Below are positions 46,820 to 55,565 of a stretch of DNA of 64,000 nt, piece by piece. How positions within the stretch are numbered: the stretch's first letter is position 1; each line of letters starts with the position of its first letter. Where the stretch lies: positions 1 to 64,000 of the IMG/VR virus record IMGVR_UViG_3300027996_002186; one strand, written 5' to 3'. Below the pieces are notes generated by a model. It did no database searches and was not told the origin of the DNA. It worked only from the letters and a program-made list of their open reading frames with translations. Position numbers and translations under genes: made by a program.

Positions 46820-47266
46820 TTAAGCCTCTGTTGTCTCAGTAGCAGTTGCTTGAATATCAATAACTTCAATGTCAAATTGGATATCTTTCCCAGCTAACGG
46901 GTGATTACCATCAATCACAATGTGATTTTCTTTAATCTCTTTAACTTTTACTGGTGTACTTTGACCATTGTCTGATTGTGCTTCAAGTGTTAATCCAACT
47001 TCAACATCCCCAGGCATTTGGTCTTTAGGTACTTCTACAATTAGGTCTTCTCTTACTGGTCCGTAAGCATCTTCTGGTGTTAAAAACTCTGTGTTGACTT
47101 TATCTCCTATATTTTTACCGATTAAAACGTCTTCAAATCCCGGAATTATTTGTCCAGAACCAATTTGAAACGTTAAGGGATCTCTTCCCTGTGATGTGTC
47201 AAAAGTTGTTCCATCAGTTAATTTACCAGTATAATGAACGCTAACTACATTTCCATTTTCTATCAT
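46820..47266 (-). CDS. slyD: FKBP-type peptidyl-prolyl isomerase (SlyD/FkpB-like)
   Basis: VSVHYTGKL.DG..FDTS, G.GQIIPGFE, PEDAYG, IDGNHPLAGK. Confidence 0.93.
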   Translation of the reverse strand: MIENGNVVSVHYTGKLTDGTTFDTSQGRDPLTFQIGSGQIIPGFEDVLIGKNIGDKVNTEFLTPEDAYGPVREDLIVEVPKDQMPGDVEVGLTLEAQSDNGQSTPVKVKEIKENHIVIDGNHPLAGKDIQFDIEVIDIQATATETTEA

Positions 47267-47527
47267 AATAATTAATTTATTTTTAAGTTATATTATTAAT
47301 TCTTTTTTTGTTGTTATAATTGGTTAATTAATAACCATTTTTTATATTTAAGTGTGTTACTTAGAAAGTCATCTATTTCATATTCAACTGAATCTGTTGG
47401 TACCTCAATTATTAATATATTATCTTTTATAATCATAATTCTTAAATGTTTGTATATTTATATATTTTTCTTAAATGTTTTTGTTAATTATATATTAAAC
47501 TTTTTGTTATTATTAATTAGAATTAAT

Positions 47528-48217
47528 GTGAGAGAATCTTTCGAAGAATATAAAAAAACAATAGAAACCTTAATTATCAACTTCAAATATCTATATGATG
47601 GTGATGTTAAATCATCTAGTAATAAATCATACTCTGGTAGTATATCACATAAAAACACTTCACCTAGTTTTGTTATAAATTGTATAAATCAAATATACGA
47701 TGAAAGTATTCAATCGATGATCGATAAGTCAATACCAATGAGTATAGGATTAAAAACTGAACCATTGATAGGTAAACCAAGTAATGTGGCTGATAATATA
47801 TTTTATTATATTGATAAATTAAAAACAAACTCATTCAAACCTCTTTATGTTTTTTGTTCATATAATGGAAGAAAATTATTTGGTATAACTAAAGAAATTA
47901 ATAAAAACAAGCCTTTCCCGGGACACTTTTATGATATAGAAAAGTATCATAGTAGATCATATGACTTATATTTATCACCTATACTAATTAATGATAAAGA
48001 AGATGATATTGAGATTTATGTAACTGACAAATCAATACAAAGCTTAGTTTATTCTATACAAAATATGGATTATAAAATTTCAAAAGATGATGAATCATAC
48101 AAACATACAATGTCTTATCATTTTTATGATTGTGACTTTACCTGTTATAAATTGATAATCAAGGATGTATCTAAATGGAGGGATGAGAAAATAAATGAAA
48201 TATTAAATGAGAATTGA
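47528..48217 (+). CDS. hypothetical protein with C-terminal tag
   Basis: Probable GTG start after TAAACT-N16-TAGAAT; ends WRDEKINEILNEN. Confidence 0.75.
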   Translation: MRESFEEYKKTIETLIINFKYLYDGDVKSSSNKSYSGSISHKNTSPSFVINCINQIYDESIQSMIDKSIPMSIGLKTEPLIGKPSNVADNIFYYIDKLKTNSFKPLYVFCSYNGRKLFGITKEINKNKPFPGHFYDIEKYHSRSYDLYLSPILINDKEDDIEIYVTDKSIQSLVYSIQNMDYKISKDDESYKHTMSYHFYDCDFTCYKLIIKDVSKWRDEKINEILNEN

Positions 48218-48614
48218 TTGTGATAGTTTGGATTTTGGATTGGAATGTTATGATCCAAGTTCTTTAGAGGAACGAAATAGATTAAAATCTAGTAAATTAG
48301 TTAAGGATTTATTGAAAATAAATAATAAAATGGAACCTAGAAGAAACTATATGGTTATATCAATGAATGTCTTTAATCTATTAGAGTATCACGATAGATT
48401 TGAACATATAAAATTATCTAGTAAAAAAGAAATAGGCCCATTAACACTTGTTGGTTATATAGGTGGTTTAGATTGTTATGTAGATTTAAATATGAAACAT
48501 AATAACATACTATTACATTACGATAAACAAGTTATTCGTAATCTTAGATTAGAATCTATATTAGATGATAGTAATATTATTGATGATGAGGTTGAAATTG
48601 AAGTGATAATTTAA
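48207..48614 (+). CDS. hypothetical protein
   Basis: Near-terminal IRNLRLESILD tag variant. Confidence 0.75.
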   Translation: MRIDCDSLDFGLECYDPSSLEERNRLKSSKLVKDLLKINNKMEPRRNYMVISMNVFNLLEYHDRFEHIKLSSKKEIGPLTLVGYIGGLDCYVDLNMKHNNILLHYDKQVIRNLRLESILDDSNIIDDEVEIEVII

Positions 48615-48647
48615 CTGGACTAAAAGATTTTTATCTCACCTAACATA

Positions 48648-50648
48648 TTATTTATTATTGTTATTGAATTTCTCAAATTTAGCGATAATCTTTTTATTTG
48701 TATTATCGATAGTCATTAAGCTTTTCCTATCCGTTTTCATTCCTTTTCCAGCACCGGCCCTAATAAATTCTTCTTTTGTTACTGTTGATGGTGTACCATC
48801 GTTATTAACTAATTGATATTCGAAATTTTCATTAGTATCTTGTCCTAATAACTTAACACCTTTGGTATCATAATCAACATCCTCTCCAGATCTAGCAGTA
48901 TCTATCTTTTCTTTAAGAGCATTTACAAAATCTCTAGCTATCTTCTTTAATACATCAACATATTTATCTGTATCATAAGCTATTTTCATCATAGCTTTAT
49001 TATATTTTAATAGATTAAGACCAGCGATATTTGTAATTGATGGGTGACCTCCACTATTTCTTATTACAATTTCCCATACTGGAATTTTGAGATTATTTAA
49101 TAGTGTTTTTTGTTCGTAAGATAAATCTTTATGTAAAACATTCATAGCTTCTTCTAATCCATCTTCTTTAATATCAACATTAAGAATAGTTCTACCCTCT
49201 TTCTTAAATACACAATCAGAATAAAAAGCTTCTAAATCAGAATATTTAAATCCAACACCTTCGTATGAATCACCTTCATCCTTCTTCATTTTTTTCCAAT
49301 CTTGTGAATTTTCAAATTCATTCTTAATTGATTCTAATGATATATAATACTTACTCATCATTGGTTCATACTTAGCTAATACTTCTTTAGAGATTTCTCC
49401 TAAGTTAATATCTTTAAGTATTTTCTCCTTAAATGGATTACAAGAAACTTGTACAAGACCCATTGGCCAAACAATACAGATAAATTCCGCATCCGGGAAA
49501 TTCTTAAATGGTGTATATCTATCATAAGAACCTGGTTTAATCATACTACCACCTCCATATTGCATAAGTATTTTATAATCTTCATCAATATGAATACCCT
49601 TTATAGAACTCTTACCATTGAGAGCTTTTCTTCCTAACCAAGTAACGCTATAAACATTTTTCGGTTTATCTTCAATATAATTTTTATCAAATAATCTATC
49701 AACATACTTAACATACTCTTCGTTAGATATTCCTAGCTTCTTAGCTAATTCAACATCTTGAGAGGCTGGCATTCTGTGTATATTTTTTAGGATGCTTAAT
49801 TCGGTTCTACCAATTTCCATAACATCACCACTTTCACTTTCAACGAATCCGTAATCCTTCATTCTCTCGATATAGTTAGTAAGGTTTGTTTTTATTTCTT
49901 CTGGTGTTGCTAATCTACCAAGCTTATCGCTTGTTTTTGCATTATTAATATAATGTCTAATATTGTTAAACATTGAGTATAAACTCGCAGTTGAGTCTAA
50001 TAATAAACACTCAAGTATATTCTTATTTATGTGATCTCTTTTACCATCTAATGATTTAACAGTTATTCTTTTATTCTTATAAGCTAATAATAATCTATTA
50101 ACCACTAATCCCATCATAAATCTATTCTTTTGTGGTGTTTCTGCCTTTTCATATTTGAATATAGAATTTTGAACATCTTCTGGCTTAATATTATTTCTCA
50201 AGAAATCTGCTGAATCAATTGTTTGAATCATTTTTATATCTTGTGCCGTGAATATATCTGAATATGAAACTTCACCTGATATAATCTCAACATTTGATCT
50301 AGCTGATTTGAAATATGTTGATTCTGTGTCCTCAGCACCAACTTGTTTATCATGATGATCCGATTGTATATGGAACATTGGTTTACCGTGTGCGAAATCA
50401 ACTAAAACTTTTAATGTATCAGGTCTTCCGTTTTTAACAGCATACTCTAATCCACCATATTGAATGATATGACAATCAACTGTTTCTATTTGATAGTAAT
50501 TTTTTAAGAATACACTCATAGCTAATGCTGATGTTACTCCATCTAAATCTTTGTGAAAGTATATCTCACATTCTTTATATCCTTTAGTTATAGCTTTTAT
50601 GTTTCTTAAACCTACTTCCTCGTTTACAAACTCAGTATATTTTTTCAT
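48648..50648 (-). CDS. DHH-family phosphoesterase-like protein with winged-helix insertion and N-terminal motif
   Basis: HKDLDG, VDF, SDHH, DSAD, GGH motifs; ELAKKLGIS...L...NYI...Y.VT.LG wHTH; starts MKKYTEFVNEE. Confidence 0.75.
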   Translation of the reverse strand: MKKYTEFVNEEVGLRNIKAITKGYKECEIYFHKDLDGVTSALAMSVFLKNYYQIETVDCHIIQYGGLEYAVKNGRPDTLKVLVDFAHGKPMFHIQSDHHDKQVGAEDTESTYFKSARSNVEIISGEVSYSDIFTAQDIKMIQTIDSADFLRNNIKPEDVQNSIFKYEKAETPQKNRFMMGLVVNRLLLAYKNKRITVKSLDGKRDHINKNILECLLLDSTASLYSMFNNIRHYINNAKTSDKLGRLATPEEIKTNLTNYIERMKDYGFVESESGDVMEIGRTELSILKNIHRMPASQDVELAKKLGISNEEYVKYVDRLFDKNYIEDKPKNVYSVTWLGRKALNGKSSIKGIHIDEDYKILMQYGGGSMIKPGSYDRYTPFKNFPDAEFICIVWPMGLVQVSCNPFKEKILKDINLGEISKEVLAKYEPMMSKYYISLESIKNEFENSQDWKKMKKDEGDSYEGVGFKYSDLEAFYSDCVFKKEGRTILNVDIKEDGLEEAMNVLHKDLSYEQKTLLNNLKIPVWEIVIRNSGGHPSITNIAGLNLLKYNKAMMKIAYDTDKYVDVLKKIARDFVNALKEKIDTARSGEDVDYDTKGVKLLGQDTNENFEYQLVNNDGTPSTVTKEEFIRAGAGKGMKTDRKSLMTIDNTNKKIIAKFEKFNNNNK

Positions 50649-50698
50649 ATTATTTTTCATATCAGTATAATAATTTTCTTTATTCTTTATATATTAAA

Positions 50699-51142
50699 TT
50701 AGACAACGTATTTTATTTTTATGTCTTCTATTCGATGCATAAATATTTTAAGTTGATATCCCACTACCTTTGACTTCGAAATATACCATCCAAAATCACC
50801 CAATCTATCATTTGTGGTTTCTATTATTTCTTTAAATTCACTAGATTTTATATAATCTTCTAATTCTTCTTTTTGTCTTCCGACATCATTAGCATTCCGT
50901 TGAACCAATTCCTGAAAGACACATCTTATATAAGGTATAGATTCTATAACCATTTTACCATCCTCTTTATCAACTGATGTATCTCTTTGGATAAGATTTT
51001 TATCAAAGTATGTTGATGTATTATATCCAGCATCCGATATATCAACAAACATATCCTCAATGTATTCCTTTGTTAATCCATTATAATGTTCTTCCTTTGG
51101 TACTAACATTTCCCAACCTTCGAATGTCTTTAAATATTTCAT
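50699..51142 (-). CDS. N-terminal-motif protein, paralog family
   Basis: MKYLKTFEG; YIEDMFVDISDAGY. Confidence 0.8.
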   Translation of the reverse strand: MKYLKTFEGWEMLVPKEEHYNGLTKEYIEDMFVDISDAGYNTSTYFDKNLIQRDTSVDKEDGKMVIESIPYIRCVFQELVQRNANDVGRQKEELEDYIKSSEFKEIIETTNDRLGDFGWYISKSKVVGYQLKIFMHRIEDIKIKYVV

Positions 51143-51149
51143 TATTTCA

Positions 51150-52544
51150 TTATTTCTTTAAGAATTGCTTACCATATGATTTCATAATACCCTTATCAGT
51201 TCCTTTCTCTCCATCAGCATCAAACTTAGTATCAAAGAAGTTATTATAATCAGTAACAATCTTAACATCTGAATCCATTGTTGCATAAGGACCTAGTTTA
51301 CCTGATCGATAAACACCACCTCTCATATCACCATTTAAATAACCTCCTACAAAATAACAATTGGTTAATTTACTACGCTCAACATTACAATTTAATATCT
51401 TTGTATCTTCTGCATCAGAGTTATTTAATTTTGATTTAGATACTTGTGAATTTATTATGTTAGTTCCCATAAAGAAACAATCATCAAATATACCCTCGAC
51501 ATTACAGTTTATTAATTCATATCCTTTTATGGTAGATGTTCCTTTTATATTAGCATCAACAACCTCCATGGTTTGATCAGTTGTTACATAATTGATAATA
51601 CACTCTTTCATATCTTCCGAACCTTCTATTATATTATAAAGTTTTGTATAAATTTTACCATAATATGCAGAAACGATATCATATGAGTGATTCTGGTCTA
51701 TTTGTATTTGTATAGTTGGAAAATCGATTATAAAATTATCATAACTTGATAAGTTCTTATAATTCAATATATTTTCTTCTAAATAATCTTCTAATTTATT
51801 AATATCTTCTGAATTGAAATCAGATCTAACTGAATCATAAACATTAATAATAAATCTTTCCAAGAAGTAAATTAATTGTCCAATATTTTTCTCGTAATCT
51901 TCACCCCCGATATATCTAAATTCTAACCTTTGTGTTTCTCTGGTATTACTTATGTTAGTGAAGTTTATACCATAATATTTATCATTTGGTAATCTCATGT
52001 TGTTTTTAACAACACCAATTGGTATGTTAAAAAAATCATATTCCTTAAATGGAATCATTTTCTTAATACTCTTAGCATAAACATTTGATTTCCTTGATGG
52101 ATAAGCTCTGTATATCTCTTCTTCATCAGTATTTAATATTAATTTTAATACATTTAGATCATTTAGATCCATATCATCATCAGTAAAAGATATATTAAAG
52201 TGTACTGATGACTTCTCATTTGTATATCCATAATTTTGTATGAACTTTAGAATCTTAATTAAGAAGTATTTAGCATTATAAAAATCCATTGGTCCAGTCA
52301 CTATTTCAACCATATTGGAACCACCAGATAAATCAGGTTCTATTTTGAAATTATTTGCATCTGGTTTGAAGTCTGAGTGATATTGTCTAAATCCCCAAAC
52401 TTTCACTGGATTAAGTTCCTGATTCAATAATTCAAGTGTTTTATAATAAGATAAATCCTTTAAATAAAATTCAAACTCGAAACCAACTTGTGATTTTTTG
52501 AGCTTGTTTGTTTGGCTTAGAAATTTATCAGAGTATTTTCTCAT
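51150..52544 (-). CDS. putative amidoligase (COOH-NH2 ligase family) with C-terminal beta-helix
   Basis: VGFEFEF, EPDLS, EIVTGP, SSVHFNIS, KYYGIN, LEFR; pentapeptide-like tail. Confidence 0.75.
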   Translation of the reverse strand: MRKYSDKFLSQTNKLKKSQVGFEFEFYLKDLSYYKTLELLNQELNPVKVWGFRQYHSDFKPDANNFKIEPDLSGGSNMVEIVTGPMDFYNAKYFLIKILKFIQNYGYTNEKSSVHFNISFTDDDMDLNDLNVLKLILNTDEEEIYRAYPSRKSNVYAKSIKKMIPFKEYDFFNIPIGVVKNNMRLPNDKYYGINFTNISNTRETQRLEFRYIGGEDYEKNIGQLIYFLERFIINVYDSVRSDFNSEDINKLEDYLEENILNYKNLSSYDNFIIDFPTIQIQIDQNHSYDIVSAYYGKIYTKLYNIIEGSEDMKECIINYVTTDQTMEVVDANIKGTSTIKGYELINCNVEGIFDDCFFMGTNIINSQVSKSKLNNSDAEDTKILNCNVERSKLTNCYFVGGYLNGDMRGGVYRSGKLGPYATMDSDVKIVTDYNNFFDTKFDADGEKGTDKGIMKSYGKQFLKK

Positions 52545-52725
52545 AATAGTATATATTAAAAATAAATATTCTAATAAGTTCGAAGAGAATGTTATATTTC
52601 AATATATATGATTATGAAATCTTGTAACAAATGTGAATTTTATAAAATGACACCAATAAGTATAATAAAGTCTTTAGATAACCTATTATACACTAAAGAT
52701 AATTCAAAATTAAATAAAATATAAT

Positions 52726-53115
52726 ATGGAATTCTTTTGTGTATATTGCAAGACTCGCAAGAAGTTTGATAAGTTTGTTAAAGTTAACAAAATTAAAAAT
52801 AAGTATATTGTTGATATACGAAGGATTGTTGATGAAGAAGAAGTCGATTTCACTGATGATAAGACTTACCTCAAAATATTAATCTTTAATAAAATTCAAC
52901 AAGCAATAGATAAGAAAAAGGATATTTACTATATTCCAGATTTTGACAAAGACTTTGCAATCGAGAAATTATTAAACCTTAAAAAGATATTAGCCGAGAA
53001 TAACTTCAATGTTCTCATTTTTTACAACGAATTCAGAAAGAATCCAGAAATAATGGATGATGTTCTATCAAACCTTTCTAAATTTTCAAATTCGCAAATT
53101 ATTCGCGATTATTAA
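52726..53115 (+). CDS. hypothetical protein
   Basis: 129-aa ORF. Confidence 0.75.
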   Translation: MEFFCVYCKTRKKFDKFVKVNKIKNKYIVDIRRIVDEEEVDFTDDKTYLKILIFNKIQQAIDKKKDIYYIPDFDKDFAIEKLLNLKKILAENNFNVLIFYNEFRKNPEIMDDVLSNLSKFSNSQIIRDY

Positions 53116-53183
53116 ATAAATAAAGATGTATAATTATTAGTAGAGATTACTAATAATTAATATATACTAAAAAGATATTATAT

Positions 53184-55003
53184 ATGGCAATATTAGGAGG
53201 ATCACCACTAGGACTTATAGGTATTAAAAGTACCCCATCTAGAGATGGTATGTCAACTTTTAATGCTGGGAACTCTCGTAATGTTAATGTTAATAAATAT
53301 AACACAGGTAAACCTAATGAGGGTAGTGCTAAAGGAGGAATGGTATCATTATTCAGTGGTGGTAATGTTGTAAAAGCGTGGGGTAATATTAAAGCTGCAG
53401 GGACCGAGATGGATTCAACTGGACTTACGGATAATTCAAAGGAACTTCTAGATCAACATTACACAACAATGATATTTATGATACTAGTGTGTTAAATTTA
53501 ATAGAGAAATTATCAACTACTCCAGCAAGGCTAAGACCATCTGATTTTGCTTATCTCAAAGATTTAGGTCGTTATCCAAATAATAGACTAATGATAGCTA
53601 GAAGATTTGGTGGAGCAATTGGTGATGATATTATCGGAAAATCTAGAAAGCCGGACGTACAGGCGCTGTTGATAACATGGAAACCAGAGGGTGAAGAATT
53701 TTTTGAAATTTCATTTAGTGAAGACTGGGAAGATGCTGCTGCTGATTTTACTGGTATAATAAATGAAATGGGTGAAGACTTCTTGGGTAAGAGTGTTGGT
53801 AGCGGTATGGGAGCTGCTTTGGGATCTATACCACTCCCTGGATTCACAGAAGGTTTACAAAGACAATTCATGAAAAATTTAGGGATATTTGATAAGCTCC
53901 CAACAAATTCTAAAGGTATCGAGATTTTACCAGCAGGTAACCCTAATATAATTAAAATGGCCAAGAAAAGGAAAACTATCAATGCTGCTGACAAGGGTAG
54001 TGGTTTGAAATGTAGCTTTGCGGTGAAAATGGTGTGTGAATATGAGCAGAAGTTTATTTCGGGTATAGATCCAACAATTGTTTGGCAGGATTTATTAGGC
54101 ACTATGTTAAGGTTCGGTACTTCTAAAAAATCAAGTTATGGATTATCAAAAGATTTTGTTAAAAAAGTAGGTGAATGGTCTACAGATCCAGGTAAAGCTG
54201 TCGCATTTATTGCTAAAAAACTTTCATCCGCGGTCAATGCAATCGCTGATGAAGTTTATGAATTAATTGCAGCCATGACAGAAGATAAAGATGATAAAGA
54301 GGATAGGTTAGAAGAAGAAGCTGCTGAAGCAGGTAATCTAGCTACGGCGTTCTTCAAAGGCTTACTCGCTGATATTAAGAGCTCAGTTGAATCAACTGTT
54401 CTTAAATATAAACATGATATAATGGGTGTTGCTAACGCATTATCTGGTATGCCGTCAACACCTTGGCATATAACAATTGGAAACCCATTAAGACCTATGT
54501 TTTGTTCAGGTGATATGTTAGTTGAGGACACCAGATTAATCGTTGGTGCGGATTTAGCATTTAATGATCTACCATCTAAAATAAGAGTTGAGTTTACTCT
54601 GAAAAATTCTAGACCTTGGGGTTTAGGTGAAATAGCTAGTAAATTTAATACTGGTAATATACGTACTGTGAATACTATTAGGGATTTTTCATCATTAAAA
54701 GCTGGTCAAACTTTACACAACTCACCACTTGAGAATGTTCCAACTCCAAAGGCCGAACCAGTGGGATCAGGACCCGGGGTTTCTAATACAGCCGCTGGTG
54801 TTGATAATACCAATAGTGGAGTAACAACTGAAAACAAAGAAGTGGAAGTGGTTGTTCCTGAGGCTGGAAGTGGATCAGAACCTGAATCTGTTGTAACCGA
54901 TGGAGAGACCACATCCCCTACTGAAGTACAAGTAGCCGCCGAAGCCGCTGCCGCCACAGCCGCCGCAGCCGCAGCACCAGAATCAGAAACACCTGCCCCA
55001 TAA
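53184..55003 (+). CDS. putative baseplate/tail protein, split by a -1 frameshift near 53435
   Basis: Second ORF's frame is open back to TTC AAA GGA ACT at ~53435; TTAATATATA at 53157-53166; PWHITIGNP..P; precedes gp53-like gene. Confidence 0.65.
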
Positions 55004-55018
55004 AAATAATTAATATAA

Positions 55019-55546
55019 ATGAACTTTAAATCACTTGCTGAGTATATAGGAATAAATAAGTATCGAGAATTAGGTGATAATGAAGATGTTTTTTATGATT
55101 TGTTTTCATCTACGTTTAAGTATAATCAACGTATAGTATTATCAGAATATAGAGTTCCTAAGGGGTTTGATATGAGATTAGATTTGGTGTTTCAGGAAAT
55201 GTATAATTTAGAGCCTAATGAAGTTGGTAATTATTTAGAAGATATGGATGTTATATACTTTATCAATAATATTGATAATCCACTTAATATAAAGGAAGGA
55301 CTTGTATTAAAATATCCGCCCGATTTGGGTAACCTACGTGAGTTTAGAGTTCTTAATGTTGATGATGATATTAATCATAAAGATAGAGTGAAAGAGAAAT
55401 TAGCATACCCTAATAAGTCAACTCGTAAAGATAAGTCTAGAGAAAATTTTGTCAAAAATGGGTATTCACTACCACCAGTAGTATTAGAAACACCCAGGCC
55501 ACCAGTTTCAGTAAAAGATGGTAAATTCAATATTGGTGGACTTTGA
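55019..55546 (+). CDS. baseplate wedge gp53/LysM-like protein
   Basis: Y.V.....MRLDLV....Y.......INNIDNPLNIKEG..LKYP. Confidence 0.7.
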   Translation: MNFKSLAEYIGINKYRELGDNEDVFYDLFSSTFKYNQRIVLSEYRVPKGFDMRLDLVFQEMYNLEPNEVGNYLEDMDVIYFINNIDNPLNIKEGLVLKYPPDLGNLREFRVLNVDDDINHKDRVKEKLAYPNKSTRKDKSRENFVKNGYSLPPVVLETPRPPVSVKDGKFNIGGL

Positions 55547-55565
55547 TAAATTTTATAAATAGTTT

